In this document: piece by piece, positions 49,021 to 59,036 of the stretch
How the letters are laid out: every line of letters starts with the position of its first letter
How positions within the stretch are numbered: position 1 is the first letter of the stretch
Source of the DNA: a plasmid
DNA: 64,000 nt
Reading direction: 5' to 3' (one strand)
Sequence record: NZ_AP019754.1
The notes under the pieces: model-generated
What the model was told of the DNA's origin: nothing
The model's database searches: none
Seen by the model: the letters and a program-made list of their open reading frames with translations, nothing else
Made by a program: the position numbers and the translations under genes

Positions 49021-49434
49021 TCAGCCCTGCTCACTCAGTACAGGATCCAGTAGCGAAGTGCCATAGGAGTTATCCACGGTGCAGCGCCACTGGTTATCGC
49101 TTTCCAGCCGAAATACATAGGTGGCACGGCGGGTGCTTTCTACGGACTGTCCCTGCCCATCGGGATAGCGCAGCACAGTTTCCATAATCACCAGCGCGGT
49201 GCCTGCGCCCTCAATGACCTCCATCCTGCCCTGCTCTACCACCAGCTGATGCTGAAAATAATTTGCAATCGCTTCAAAGGCGCGACGAATGGCTACGCGA
49301 CCCGTAACGGTCATTCCGGGCTTCACAACCAGGCTGGCATCGGCAGCATAGTGTTTCATCAGGGCATCATAATTACCGGCTGATATCGCCCGGTCGCATA
49401 ACCTGACAACCTCTAAAACGGGATGGTCATTCAT
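49021..49434 (-). CDS. NTF2/SnoaL-like (DUF4440-type) protein
   Basis: ATG 49434 (MNDHPVLEV...) with a GAGGA RBS; 137 aa with the SnoaL-like fold pattern. Confidence 0.6.
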   Translation of the reverse strand: MNDHPVLEVVRLCDRAISAGNYDALMKHYAADASLVVKPGMTVTGRVAIRRAFEAIANYFQHQLVVEQGRMEVIEGAGTALVIMETVLRYPDGQGQSVESTRRATYVFRLESDNQWRCTVDNSYGTSLLDPVLSEQG

Positions 49435-49500
49435 CAGCACTTCCTCACACATAGCGGGTGTGCTAAGTATATCGCCATCAATGTTAAAAAGGAGTTATAT

Positions 49501-49875
49501 ATGTTTAGCCATATGGTTGTTGGTACGGATAATATTGAGCAAGCTAAAAAATTCTACGATGCTGTTTTTGCTGTGATCCGTTGCGAAGATCAGGGCATTG
49601 ATGCCCTGGGTCGCCCTTTTTACGTTAAAAATCACCAGCGTTTTATTATCACTCAGCCCATTAATGGCCAGCCCGCGACCTTTGCCAACGGGGGTACCAT
49701 TGGCTTTACCATGGCCTCCTCTGAAGACGTTTTCAGCTGGTATCAAAAAGGTCTCGAAAACGGCGGGACATCGGCTGAAACACCGCCTCATGTCAGAGAG
49801 ACGGATGGAAGATGCGTCGCCTATCTGCGGGATCCAACCGGCAATAAGCTGTGTGCTTTTTATAATCCGGCATAA
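49501..49875 (+). CDS. VOC (glyoxalase/bleomycin-resistance/dioxygenase) family protein
   Basis: ATG 49501 (MFSHMVVGTDNIEQAKKFYD) with an AAGGAG RBS; 124 aa. Confidence 0.7.
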   Translation: MFSHMVVGTDNIEQAKKFYDAVFAVIRCEDQGIDALGRPFYVKNHQRFIITQPINGQPATFANGGTIGFTMASSEDVFSWYQKGLENGGTSAETPPHVRETDGRCVAYLRDPTGNKLCAFYNPA

Positions 49876-49928
49876 TTTTTTGACGAATTTGGTGTGCGCC
49901 GTGGAGCGCTCCCACAAGCCGGTGGCGG

Positions 49929-50531
49929 ATGGAGATTAACCTGACAGGGTTTCTGCCTGCGCTTCTACCGATTGCCCTTTCTCCCGGCGCGAGTTTCACG
50001 CTGGCGATGAACAGCGCGCTTACGGCTGGCCGCAGGGGGCTGGTGAAAACGCTGCTTGGTACCGCGCTGGGTATTTATACGCATGCTTTGCTGATCGGTC
50101 TGGGCCTGTCGACAGCGCTGGTTGCGTCCCCCGCGCTGTTTGCCCTGTTAAAAATGGCTGGCGTACTTTACCTGTTTTGGCTGGGCGGCCTTTTATTTAT
50201 CACTGGCATCAGGACCAGGGCATTCGTGCTGAAGACAACGGGTAGCGCAATTACCGTTAAAGGTGCGTGGCTGGCTAATGTCGCTAACCCCAAAGCTATC
50301 CTGTTTTACCTGACGGTGGTTTCACAGTTTGTTGGCGACAGGGCCGGTATCGATGCCTTTCTGACGCTGGCAACAGTGCACATTGTCGTAATGAGCCTGT
50401 GGTTAGCGCTCTTCAGCCAGGCGCTGGTCTTCTCGGCGCAAAAAATCAATCCTGTCGCGCTGAAACGCTACGTCAATATCGGTGGTGGATTACTGCTTAT
50501 CGGCATTGCCGTACGCACTCTTATCGCCTGA
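49929..50531 (+). CDS. LysE/RhtB-family amino-acid exporter
   Basis: 200 aa, six TM. N-terminal LPIALSPGASF and mid ANPKAILFY motifs. Confidence 0.8.
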   Translation: MEINLTGFLPALLPIALSPGASFTLAMNSALTAGRRGLVKTLLGTALGIYTHALLIGLGLSTALVASPALFALLKMAGVLYLFWLGGLLFITGIRTRAFVLKTTGSAITVKGAWLANVANPKAILFYLTVVSQFVGDRAGIDAFLTLATVHIVVMSLWLALFSQALVFSAQKINPVALKRYVNIGGGLLLIGIAVRTLIA

Positions 50532-50580
50532 CAGGTCTTTCGCCACCGACTCTCATACTTAAACAAGGAATACGGGAAAA

Positions 50581-51048
50581 ATGATGGCACCTGTTCAGCA
50601 CTGGCATAACGGCGAGTATGCCGTGACGACGGATAAGTCGCAGATGGATATCGGGGCAATACACCGTTACCTCACCCGTTCAAGTTGGGCAGCGGGAATT
50701 GATTACGCCACGGTCGCGCGGTCAATTGAAAACAGCCTGAATTTTGGGCTTTTTCATCAGCAGCAGCAGATTGGCTTTGCGCGATTCATTACTGATTACG
50801 CGACCTTTGCGTACCTGTGCGATGTCTATGTACTTGAAGAATGCCAGGGCAAAGGACTGGGCGGATGGCTGATCGAATGCTGTCAGTCACATCCCGTGGT
50901 TAACACATTGCGCCGGCTGTTGCTCTTCACCTCAACCGCGCCCTGGTTATATCAAAAATTTGGCTACCAGCCGGTAAACAAACCCGACTATGCCTGGACA
51001 ATCACCCGGCCCGATATTTATCAGGCCAACCGCGATGCCCAGACGTAA
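50581..51048 (+). CDS. GNAT family N-acetyltransferase
   Basis: 155 aa. Acetyl-CoA motif A (VLEECQGKGLGGWLIE). Confidence 0.75.
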   Translation: MMAPVQHWHNGEYAVTTDKSQMDIGAIHRYLTRSSWAAGIDYATVARSIENSLNFGLFHQQQQIGFARFITDYATFAYLCDVYVLEECQGKGLGGWLIECCQSHPVVNTLRRLLLFTSTAPWLYQKFGYQPVNKPDYAWTITRPDIYQANRDAQT

Positions 51049-51061
51049 TCAGCCGCCTGTA

Positions 51062-52024
51062 TTACCGATCTGCAATAATCGCCAGCCGCTGGCAGCCACG
51101 CGCCTCCAGGGCCAACGCGGCCTGAGCAGCACGCATGCCGCTGGCACAGACCAGAACAATGCGTTTATCCGCGGGCGGCTGCCAGCCGGCAATGTGCTGT
51201 GGCAATATCCGCTGTGCATACTGGCTGACACTGACAGGTGCTTCCTCTGTCCCCCGTAGATCCACCACGCAGTCATCGGGGGTCAGCAAAGCAGGATCGA
51301 TAAACGGGATGCCGGCCTTTTCGGGCTCAGGCGCATTATCGAACCGGAACTGACGCAGTTGCCACGAGACAAAATCACAGTTGATCATACAGCCCAGTGG
51401 TGAGGGCGAAAGGTGCAGCAGAATGCTGAGCGCCATCTGCGCCTGTAAGGCGCCAAGGGTGGCAACCGCCGGTCCCAGCACGCCTGCGGTGTTGCAGTTA
51501 CCTGAGGCTTTGGGTAATTGTGGAAACAGTGCGCGATAGCTGGGCGCGCCGCCGCAAAAACTGCCTGCATAACCCTGTCGCCCCAGCACCGAAGCGCAAA
51601 CCAGCGGTAGGTTACGGGCAAAGCAGCTGTCGGAAAGCAGATAAGTCACCGCGAAGTTATCCGCAGCGTCGATAACTAAATCAATATCCACCAGTGCTTC
51701 TTCAATACGACTTGCCTGTAACGCTACGGGATGTGCTTCAACCACCGTATCAGGATTACGCTGTGCCAGCGCACGTTGGGCGCAAAACACCTTTGGCTCG
51801 CCAATATCGGCAGTCGTAAATAGCGTCTGACGATGCAGGTTATGCAGCGCCACGACGTCGTCGTCATAGAGCCGGATATAACCGATGCCAGCGCCCGCCA
51901 GGAGCGGTAATAACGTGGAAGCCAGTCCACCCGCGCCAACCACTAAGACGCGGGCAGCGGACAAAGCCTGCTGCCCCTGCTCGCCCACTTCTGGCAGCAT
52001 TGTCTGTCGTTGATAACGTGCCAT
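51062..52024 (-). CDS. thiF: ThiS adenylyltransferase with C-terminal rhodanese domain (ThiF-Rhd fusion)
   Basis: E1-like N-terminus (RQTMLPEVGEQGQQAL...VLVVGAGGLAS). C-terminal rhodanese with the active-site loop VLVCASGMRAAQA. Confidence 0.8.
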   Translation of the reverse strand: MARYQRQTMLPEVGEQGQQALSAARVLVVGAGGLASTLLPLLAGAGIGYIRLYDDDVVALHNLHRQTLFTTADIGEPKVFCAQRALAQRNPDTVVEAHPVALQASRIEEALVDIDLVIDAADNFAVTYLLSDSCFARNLPLVCASVLGRQGYAGSFCGGAPSYRALFPQLPKASGNCNTAGVLGPAVATLGALQAQMALSILLHLSPSPLGCMINCDFVSWQLRQFRFDNAPEPEKAGIPFIDPALLTPDDCVVDLRGTEEAPVSVSQYAQRILPQHIAGWQPPADKRIVLVCASGMRAAQAALALEARGCQRLAIIADR

Positions 52025-52033
52025 CTCTGCTCC

Positions 52034-52792
52034 TTAGCGAAATTGCGCCAGGCCGAAAACGGGCGTAGAGGCGGCAGCCATGTCGCGACGCTCCATCATG
52101 CCAGCCTGACGTGCCTGATATCCCGCTTCAATGGCGCGCGCAAATGCGCCAGCCATACCAACCGGATCGCTGGATTTCGCCACGGCGGTATTCAACAGCA
52201 CAGCATCAAACCCCAATTCCATCGCCTGAGCCGCCTGGCTCGGCGCACCGATCCCGGCATCAATAATGAGTGGAACGTCCTTAAACCAGGCACGCATCGT
52301 GCGTAAGCCCTCGATATTGCGTAATCCCTGGCCTGAGCCGATGGGCGCCCCCCACGGCATCAGCACTTCACAGCCCGCGTCCAGCAGTTTCTCGCCCACA
52401 ATCAGATCTTCTGTGGTGTAAGGGAAAACGTGGAAACCCTCTGCACACAAAATACGTGCTGCTTCGACGAGGGCAAAGGGATCGGGCTGTAAGGTATCGG
52501 CATGACCGATCACCTCAAGCTTGATCCAGGACGTGGCAAACAATTCCCGCGCCATATGCGCAGTCGTCACGGCTTCTTTCACCGTGTGGCAGCCTGCGGT
52601 ATTGGGTAAAACGCGTTTATTTAAGGTTTTCAGGAGATCGCGAAAGGCTCCACCCTGGCTTCCTTCACGACGCAGACTCACCGTAATAATCTCGGCGCCG
52701 GATGCGCCAACGGCCTGTTGCAGAATATCCGGCGAGGGATAACCTGCAGTGCCCAGTAAAAAACGTGACTGTCCGCTAAAGTCATAAAACAT
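52034..52792 (-). CDS. thiG: thiazole synthase
   Basis: 252 aa. Conserved [46 protein letters not shown]. Confidence 0.9.
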   Translation of the reverse strand: MFYDFSGQSRFLLGTAGYPSPDILQQAVGASGAEIITVSLRREGSQGGAFRDLLKTLNKRVLPNTAGCHTVKEAVTTAHMARELFATSWIKLEVIGHADTLQPDPFALVEAARILCAEGFHVFPYTTEDLIVGEKLLDAGCEVLMPWGAPIGSGQGLRNIEGLRTMRAWFKDVPLIIDAGIGAPSQAAQAMELGFDAVLLNTAVAKSSDPVGMAGAFARAIEAGYQARQAGMMERRDMAAASTPVFGLAQFR

Positions 52793-52794
52793 CG

Positions 52795-52992
52795 TTAGCC
52801 TCCCTGCATCGGCGATAACACTTCAAGACGACAACCCGCCACAAGCGGCTCTGAGGAATAGCGCTCCCGGGGAACAAATTCGCCGTTCACGGCACTGGCG
52901 ACACAGCCAGCATCGATATGTTGTTCCACGAGTAATTCAGCCAGCGTGTGGGCTTCGGTTTCAATAGCAAGGCCGTTCAGTTCTATTTTCAT
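52795..52992 (-). CDS. thiS: sulfur-carrier protein ThiS
   Basis: 65 aa ending in GG. Confidence 0.8.
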   Translation of the reverse strand: MKIELNGLAIETEAHTLAELLVEQHIDAGCVASAVNGEFVPRERYSSEPLVAGCRLEVLSPMQGG

Positions 52993-53921
52993 CGCACTCC
53001 CTCGGACGTCAGTTGTTGCATAAGCTTCTCGGCCATCATCGGGGCCAGCAGGAAGCCGTGACGGTACATGCCGTTAATAGAAAAAATGCCATTTTCGTAA
53101 CGCACTTCGGGCAGATTGTGGCGGTAAGCCGGACGCAGACCTGTGCCGCTTTCAATAATTCGTGCTTCGGCGAGGGCGGGATGGATGCTGTAGGCTGCGC
53201 TTAACAGTTCCATCATAGCGCGCGCGCTGATTGGGCTGTCATCCTGGCTTTCGACCATGGTCGCGCCCAGCATAAAATGCCCCTGTGCCCTGGGCACCAG
53301 ATAACAGGGAAAACGCGGGTGCAGCAGGCGAACAGGACGGGAAAACGTTATTTCGTCGGTGTGGAGAATAACCATTTCACCGCGCACGGCACGCAATTCG
53401 GGTTGGGATTGCCGGGCATGAATACCCCGGCAATCGATAATTTTCCCGCTGGGTTTACCCGGGTGAAACCGGACACCCGCATTCAGTAAACGCGTTTGTA
53501 ATTGTTGCATTGCCAGCCGGGGATCAAGATGACCTTCTGCGGCAAAGAACAAGCCACGGGCAAAACGGTCTTCCAGCGCAGGTTCAATCTCTGCCGGCGT
53601 CACCCACTGATGTGATGAGGTCATGTTAGCGAAACGCGTTAACTCAGCACTGTCGCGCGGGGGCGCAATCACCAGGGTACCCTGCTGTTCCACGCCGCTG
53701 ACCCGGGCCGACCACCATGCCGCAGCATACTGACCCCAGTCAACGACCTGCTGTGGCGCACTTTCCGCTTCGCACCAGGGCGCCAGCATACCGCCAGCCC
53801 AGTGCGATGCCGCGCGGCAGTCCGGTAAGGTAATGATTTCGACAGGTTCACCTTGCTCCGCCAGTAGCGTGGCGATACACAATCCGGACACGCCGCTGCC
53901 GAGCACTGACCAGCGGCTCAT
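52989..53921 (-). CDS. thiO: FAD-dependent glycine oxidase
   Basis: 310 aa. N-terminal VLGSGVSGLCIATLLAEQG; DAO-family C-terminal R/Y motifs. Overlaps the thiS start. Confidence 0.8.
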   Translation of the reverse strand: MSRWSVLGSGVSGLCIATLLAEQGEPVEIITLPDCRAASHWAGGMLAPWCEAESAPQQVVDWGQYAAAWWSARVSGVEQQGTLVIAPPRDSAELTRFANMTSSHQWVTPAEIEPALEDRFARGLFFAAEGHLDPRLAMQQLQTRLLNAGVRFHPGKPSGKIIDCRGIHARQSQPELRAVRGEMVILHTDEITFSRPVRLLHPRFPCYLVPRAQGHFMLGATMVESQDDSPISARAMMELLSAAYSIHPALAEARIIESGTGLRPAYRHNLPEVRYENGIFSINGMYRHGFLLAPMMAEKLMQQLTSEGVR

Positions 53922-54054
53922 TGCCAGCCAACCTGACAGGGTAACATCAGAAACAGGATTTTCACTTTGGCCTCTCTGTTAACAGTCAGAGACCCGTGAT
54001 ACAAGAAGGGAAAAAGCATGAGCCCGGCAAAAGCAGACTCTGCGGCAAGTATCT

Positions 54055-54180
54055 GCCTGGGGCAAAGATACCCGTCTTCCTACGCCAGTATCAACTGGGT
54101 CAGGTTCTAAGGGTCGCTAAGCCGCGCATTGCGCTATTAGCCTCTCAGTCTCTTTGGCGAGACTCCCCTGACGGGTTCTA
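54055..54180 (-). ncRNA. TPP (THI-box) riboswitch in the thiO leader
   Basis: Minus-strand RNA reads ...CAGGGGAGUCUCGCCAAAGAGACUGAGAGG...ACCCUUAGAACCUGACCCAGUUGAUACUGGCGUAGGAAGACGGG. This contains the conserved GGGG.G, CUGAGA and ACCUGAUC.GGUUAAUACC.GCGUAGGGA elements of the THI element. Confidence 0.75.
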
Positions 54181-54237
54181 GTTTTATTTTAAGCCGCGCC
54201 TTACGTCAAGGCTGATGCAGCAATTTGTCGTTAGCGA

Positions 54238-54558
54238 CTAAGGCACATTCAGGTAACGCAGCAGAGCGGTCATACAGGCTGCGCCAAAAATGATGACGAT
54301 CAGCGGCGCCCTGCGCCAGGCGAGAAAAATGGCAAACGACACGCCCAGCAGCCTTGCCATCCCGGCAAAATGCTGACCTTCGAACAACGTGGTGGTGGCT
54401 GCAACGGCCAGTAACAGTACCGTGGCCGCATCGGATAACACATTTTGCGTGCGCTCACTGACAGGCAACCGGTTACCCAGTTTGACGCCCGCATAACGAA
54501 TGGCATAGGTTCCGGCAGCCAGCAAGGCAATGCCTGCAATTATCATCGGATGATTCAT
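54238..54558 (-). CDS. azlD: branched-chain amino-acid exporter small subunit
   Basis: 106 aa, four TM. Overlaps azlC. Confidence 0.75.
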   Translation of the reverse strand: MNHPMIIAGIALLAAGTYAIRYAGVKLGNRLPVSERTQNVLSDAATVLLLAVAATTTLFEGQHFAGMARLLGVSFAIFLAWRRAPLIVIIFGAACMTALLRYLNVP

Positions 54559-55226
54559 TTACGCGATCTCCACGTAAGCAGCCCTAACAACGAAAACAGA
54601 ACAGGCATCCCTGCTGGAACAAATGGCGTGACCGCCAGCGACAGCACGGCGCCGGTAGCCGCAGGAATGCGGGTTCGGGGTTTGCGTAACGCCGGGAAGA
54701 TGAGTGCGATAAGAATGGCGGGAAAAACCGCATCCAGACCGATAACGGAAATATTCGGGATAAACTGGCCAATCGCGGCCCCGAGCATGACGGTGAACGG
54801 CCAGATCAATCCGATACCGATGCCGCACAGCCAAAACGCACTGCGGCGTTGAGCCAGCTGCGGCTGAGAGATGCCGAACACCACACTTTCATCGTTCATA
54901 ATGTGACAGCCGAGCGCCCCCCGCCAGCCTCTGCCCACTAAGTCTTTAACCGCAATGCCAAAGGGAAGATGGCGGGCGTTGACCAGCAAACCTGCCGCCG
55001 CCGCGGTTAACGGACTGCCACCGCCGGCAACGATGCCAATAAATAAGAATTCCGATGCGCCAGCCAGCACCAGCGTTGATAACGCCAGCGGTACCCAAAA
55101 CGGAAAGCCATCAGCAGTGGCGAGCGACCCGTAAGACAGGCCGACAATGCCATCTGCGATACAGACCAGAAAAATTGCTTTTATAACGCCTTTATCCAGC
55201 GTGAATTTTTTTGCCAGCATCAACAT
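54555..55226 (-). CDS. azlC: branched-chain amino-acid exporter AzlC-family permease
   Basis: 223 aa polytopic. AzlC family pattern (GL.VNARHLPFG). Confidence 0.75.
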   Translation of the reverse strand: MLMLAKKFTLDKGVIKAIFLVCIADGIVGLSYGSLATADGFPFWVPLALSTLVLAGASEFLFIGIVAGGGSPLTAAAAGLLVNARHLPFGIAVKDLVGRGWRGALGCHIMNDESVVFGISQPQLAQRRSAFWLCGIGIGLIWPFTVMLGAAIGQFIPNISVIGLDAVFPAILIALIFPALRKPRTRIPAATGAVLSLAVTPFVPAGMPVLFSLLGLLTWRSRK

Positions 55227-55317
55227 CGAATCCCATAACGAACGATAAATCCATTATAATGAACATCGGATATGCATTACAAGACGAACGATACGTTCAT
55301 TTTAACGAACAGGAAAA

Positions 55318-55869
55318 GTGATGAGCACGCCCATTGATATCATTGCCCGAGGTTTAGTAAGAGAACGCCTGCGTGCCGGCCTGACGCTGGCTGAAGTTGC
55401 TCGCCGGGCGGGGATTGCAAAATCGACCCTGTCTCAGCTTGAAGCCGGTAACGGCAATCCGGGTATTGAGACGTTGTGGTCGCTGTGTGTCGCGCTCAAT
55501 ATTCCATTTGCACGCCTGATGGAGCCGGAAACGAACCGGTTACAGGTTATTCGCCGCGGAGAAGGCCCCACGGTGGCTGCTGAGCAGGCTGATTACAAAG
55601 CCGTCTTACTGGCAACCTGTCCACCGGGCGCACGACGGGATATCTATCTGCTGCACATACAGCCCGGCAGCGAACGCTGCTCACAGCCGCATTCACCGAA
55701 TACCATCGAACATTTAATTTTGACGCAAGGGCGCGCAGAGGTTGGGCCGGTTGATTCACCCGTTGAGCTTGAGGTAGGCGATTACATCAGCTACCCGGGC
55801 GACACTGAGCATATTTTTCGTGCGCTTGAGCCAGATACGCTGGCTGTGCTGGTCATGGAGCATGTGTGA
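55318..55869 (+). CDS. XRE-family HTH regulator with C-terminal cupin domain
   Basis: HTH LTLAEVARRAGIAKSTLSQLEAGNGNP followed by a cupin beta-barrel. Divergent from azlCD. Confidence 0.8.
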   Translation: MMSTPIDIIARGLVRERLRAGLTLAEVARRAGIAKSTLSQLEAGNGNPGIETLWSLCVALNIPFARLMEPETNRLQVIRRGEGPTVAAEQADYKAVLLATCPPGARRDIYLLHIQPGSERCSQPHSPNTIEHLILTQGRAEVGPVDSPVELEVGDYISYPGDTEHIFRALEPDTLAVLVMEHV

Positions 55870-55891
55870 AGGCAGGTTTCCCTGCCTTCGG

Positions 55892-57325
55892 TTAAACACA
55901 GACTTCCTGGGCTATTGCGGCGCTCTTGCTGAGGGAGGCCAGTGAGATAACACGATGCGCGCTTTTCTCCAGTAAAGCGAGATCGTGGCTGACCAGCAAA
56001 ATGGCGCAGCGTTGCTGTGTTGCCAGTTCGCTAATCAACGCCAGCGTCTGCTGCTGAACGACAGGATCCAGGCGCGACGTCGGCTCATCCGCGAATAAAA
56101 ACACAGGGTCCAGTAACATCACCCTGAGCAGTGAAAAGCGCTGAAGCTCGCCGCCTGACAAACCTGAAGCCGGACGGTTCAGCAACGCGTGCGCTAATCC
56201 CAGTTGTGCCATCAGTTCATCACGTCGTTTCACCGTGGCGTGGTGCAGCCGCAGCAGATCATCGATAACCCTGGCCATCGCGATGTCAGGTGGAAATATG
56301 GCTGAGGGATCCTGATAAAGTTTTTGGTAACGTAACCTACTGGCAGCCCCTGGACGCACGACCTTGCCCGAATCGGGCGTTATCAAACCGCATAGCGTAT
56401 CCCCCAGGCTACTTTTACCGCAGCCGCTTTCGCCGTAAAGCCCCACGATTTCGCCGGCCCGAAAGATTAGCGAGGCATTGTGAAACAGTTGCTTCCCTGA
56501 CCGTTTCAGAGAAAGGCCCTCTGTCTGTAACACGATGGTTTCATCACAGGGTACTCGCGAGCCTGGCGCCCAGGCCTCAGGATCGGCCGCCAACAGCAAT
56601 TGGGTGTAAGGCGCTTGTGGACGGTATAACACCTGCCCGGCGCTGCCCTGCTCAACGACTTTGCCTTTATGCATCACCATGACCTCACCACCTAACTGCC
56701 GGGCCAGTGCAATGTCGTGCGTGATCGTCAGCAAGGTTTCACCCTGAGCCACCGCCGTATTTAACAGGTTACCCATTTCATCCCGCCGCGCGACGTCCAG
56801 CCCTTTAGTCGGCTCGTCTGCAATCAGCAGCGTCGCGCCCCCCGCGCGAGCAGCCGCGAAGCAAACCCGCTGGGCCATTCCCCCTGAAAGCTGCCAGGGA
56901 AAACGCGCAGAGGCATGCGCAAGCCCCAGTTGGTCGAGTGCCTGTGCCGCGGCCTGTTGTGCATCCCTCCTGGCTAAGCCCCGCACGTACCGGTAACCTT
57001 CCGCGACCTGAGCGCTGACACGCATTGTTGGATCGAGCGCCAGCCCGGGTTCCTGGGGCAAAGACGCGATGCGATGCCCCCACTGAGCGCGAAGACGGGC
57101 CAGATCGGTTTGGAGATCATAACGTTGTCCGTCAATCTCAACCGTGCCTGTGGCACGGAGTCCTTCTGGTAACGCCCCCATGATGGCCTGGGCGAACAGA
57201 CTTTTTCCCGATCCGGTTTCGCCCACCAGCGTCATGGGTTTGCCCGGCTGAATGACCATGCTCACGGGCTCGACGATGCAGTCTTCGGCGTAAACGGCGA
57301 CCTGTTTAATTACTATGCCCGTCAT
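55892..57325 (-). CDS. ABC transporter ATP-binding protein with two fused nucleotide-binding domains (Dpp/Opp/Nik D-F type)
   Basis: 477 aa. Two Walker A sites (GETGSGKS; GESGCGKS), two signature motifs (LSGGMAQR; LSGGELQR) and two Walker B sites. Confidence 0.85.
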   Translation of the reverse strand: MTGIVIKQVAVYAEDCIVEPVSMVIQPGKPMTLVGETGSGKSLFAQAIMGALPEGLRATGTVEIDGQRYDLQTDLARLRAQWGHRIASLPQEPGLALDPTMRVSAQVAEGYRYVRGLARRDAQQAAAQALDQLGLAHASARFPWQLSGGMAQRVCFAAARAGGATLLIADEPTKGLDVARRDEMGNLLNTAVAQGETLLTITHDIALARQLGGEVMVMHKGKVVEQGSAGQVLYRPQAPYTQLLLAADPEAWAPGSRVPCDETIVLQTEGLSLKRSGKQLFHNASLIFRAGEIVGLYGESGCGKSSLGDTLCGLITPDSGKVVRPGAASRLRYQKLYQDPSAIFPPDIAMARVIDDLLRLHHATVKRRDELMAQLGLAHALLNRPASGLSGGELQRFSLLRVMLLDPVFLFADEPTSRLDPVVQQQTLALISELATQQRCAILLVSHDLALLEKSAHRVISLASLSKSAAIAQEVCV

Positions 57326-58101
57326 ATCCGATCCTTATTCACTAATAAATTCATGCCAGTCAGTAACAAAAAAAGCACCAGCACGGGCTGGAGTAGAAGC
57401 CAGGGCGCTTCCCAGGCATAGGGAAAAAGTTCTGTCATCATCAGCCCCAGTTCTGGTGTCGGTGGGCGAACCCCCACGCTGATGAATCCCAATGCGGACA
57501 CCGCCATAACGGCACTGCTAAACGCATAGACCGTTAACGTCAGCAACAAGGGCGCCATGGCTGGCCATAAGTGTCTGCGAAACAGATAGCGTATCGAGAA
57601 ACCGAGCAGTGAAGAGGACTGGATGGCGGGAGACATAACAACGGGTCGCAGGGTGGCTCGCGTCACGCGGAAAAACTCGACCCACAGCACCAGTGAAATC
57701 CCCAGCCACAACATTTCTGGCGAGTCAGGTGAGATAGCCGCTAACAACAGCACCAGCAGCAGACCGGGAAGCGCAAGGCACATATCCGCTAATGCGTTGC
57801 ACACCTTGTCCACCCAACCGCCGCGCCAGGCACTCATGATCCCCGCCAGCGTGCCCATTATCAGTGCCGTGATAACGCATATCGCTGCCAGGCCCAGTGA
57901 TAACCTGAGTGCCGCACTTAACCGGGCCAGCATTGAGCGGCCAAGATGGTCATAGCCCAACCAGGCCTGCCCAGAGGGAAGCTGTAACATCTGCAACAGG
58001 TCCTGCTGCACAGGATCCCCAGCCCCGAATAGCGGCACCAGCCAGGCAAACGCGAGCAACGCCAGAATAATTGCCAGACCTGTTTTTTGACGAAAGGTCA
58101 T
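57322..58101 (-). CDS. ABC transporter permease (DppC/NikC type)
   Basis: ATG 58101 (MTFRQKTG...) makes an ATGA overlap with the upstream permease stop. Six TM, with the BPD_transp_1 EAA-like loop. Confidence 0.8.
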   Translation of the reverse strand: MTFRQKTGLAIILALLAFAWLVPLFGAGDPVQQDLLQMLQLPSGQAWLGYDHLGRSMLARLSAALRLSLGLAAICVITALIMGTLAGIMSAWRGGWVDKVCNALADMCLALPGLLLVLLLAAISPDSPEMLWLGISLVLWVEFFRVTRATLRPVVMSPAIQSSSLLGFSIRYLFRRHLWPAMAPLLLTLTVYAFSSAVMAVSALGFISVGVRPPTPELGLMMTELFPYAWEAPWLLLQPVLVLFLLLTGMNLLVNKDRI

Positions 58102-59036
58102 ATGCGTTTCCCCCTTGGATCCAACACATAGCACAAACCATCGACCAGCATGTTCAGGGTGACAAACGTCAGCCCCAGTACCATTGCGCTGGCCTGTATC
58201 ACGGGCACGTCCCGGGCAAAAATCGCATGGACCAGCGCATGGCCAATGCCTGGCCAGGCAAACAGCATTTCCACCACCACCACGCCTTCCACCAGCCAGA
58301 CGAACTGCATGCCGAGCCAGGTCACGACCGGAACGCTGAGATTACGCAGGGCGTGACGCCAGAAAAGACGCGGTTGAGAGAGACCCTTTTGTGCCCCCCA
58401 GCGATACCAGCTGGCCGTTACAGCCTGGAATGTCGCCTCACGTACGACCCGAGCGCCCACGGCACTTAGCGGCAGCGCCAGCGTCACTGACGGCAGGATG
58501 AAATGTCGCCAGTTTCCCTGCCCGGCACTGGGCAGCCAGTCCAGACGCAGCGCAAACAAAACGATAAGCAGCAGGCCAAGAGCAAAATGCGGAACCGATT
58601 TGAGAATGGCGGCAGCGCCGTTAATGGCCCGGTCCAGGAAACGGCCGGGATGACAGCCTGCCCAAATCCCGAGTGGAATAATCAGCAGCAGGGTCAGTAA
58701 CAGAGAAAAGCCGGCAAGGGCGAACGTTTGTTTCAATTGCCAGACCAGTTCGCCACTGACAGGCTCACCCGATACCAGTGAACGGCCAAAGTTGAAGCGC
58801 AGCAGATCCCACATCCACTGCCCCAGCGCACTTCCCTGGGCGGTCATATCCGCCAGTTGCTGTTTTACCTGGGCTACCGCTGCCAGATCGACCCGATCAT
58901 AACCATAACGTCCCGATGCGATACGCCAGGCCATATCACCCGGTAATGCCTGTACCAGAACAAACGTTAAGATCCCGACCGCGAGAATGACGAAGGCGGC
59001 CTGGCAAAGGCGCCAGCTGAGTTGTTTAAGCATCAT
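58098..59036 (-). CDS. ABC transporter permease (DppB/NikB type)
   Basis: The internal ATG (MMLKQLSWRL...) forms an ATGA overlap with the SBP stop. The ORF track extends to 59045. Confidence 0.8.
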   Translation of the reverse strand: MMLKQLSWRLCQAAFVILAVGILTFVLVQALPGDMAWRIASGRYGYDRVDLAAVAQVKQQLADMTAQGSALGQWMWDLLRFNFGRSLVSGEPVSGELVWQLKQTFALAGFSLLLTLLLIIPLGIWAGCHPGRFLDRAINGAAAILKSVPHFALGLLLIVLFALRLDWLPSAGQGNWRHFILPSVTLALPLSAVGARVVREATFQAVTASWYRWGAQKGLSQPRLFWRHALRNLSVPVVTWLGMQFVWLVEGVVVVEMLFAWPGIGHALVHAIFARDVPVIQASAMVLGLTFVTLNMLVDGLCYVLDPRGKRI

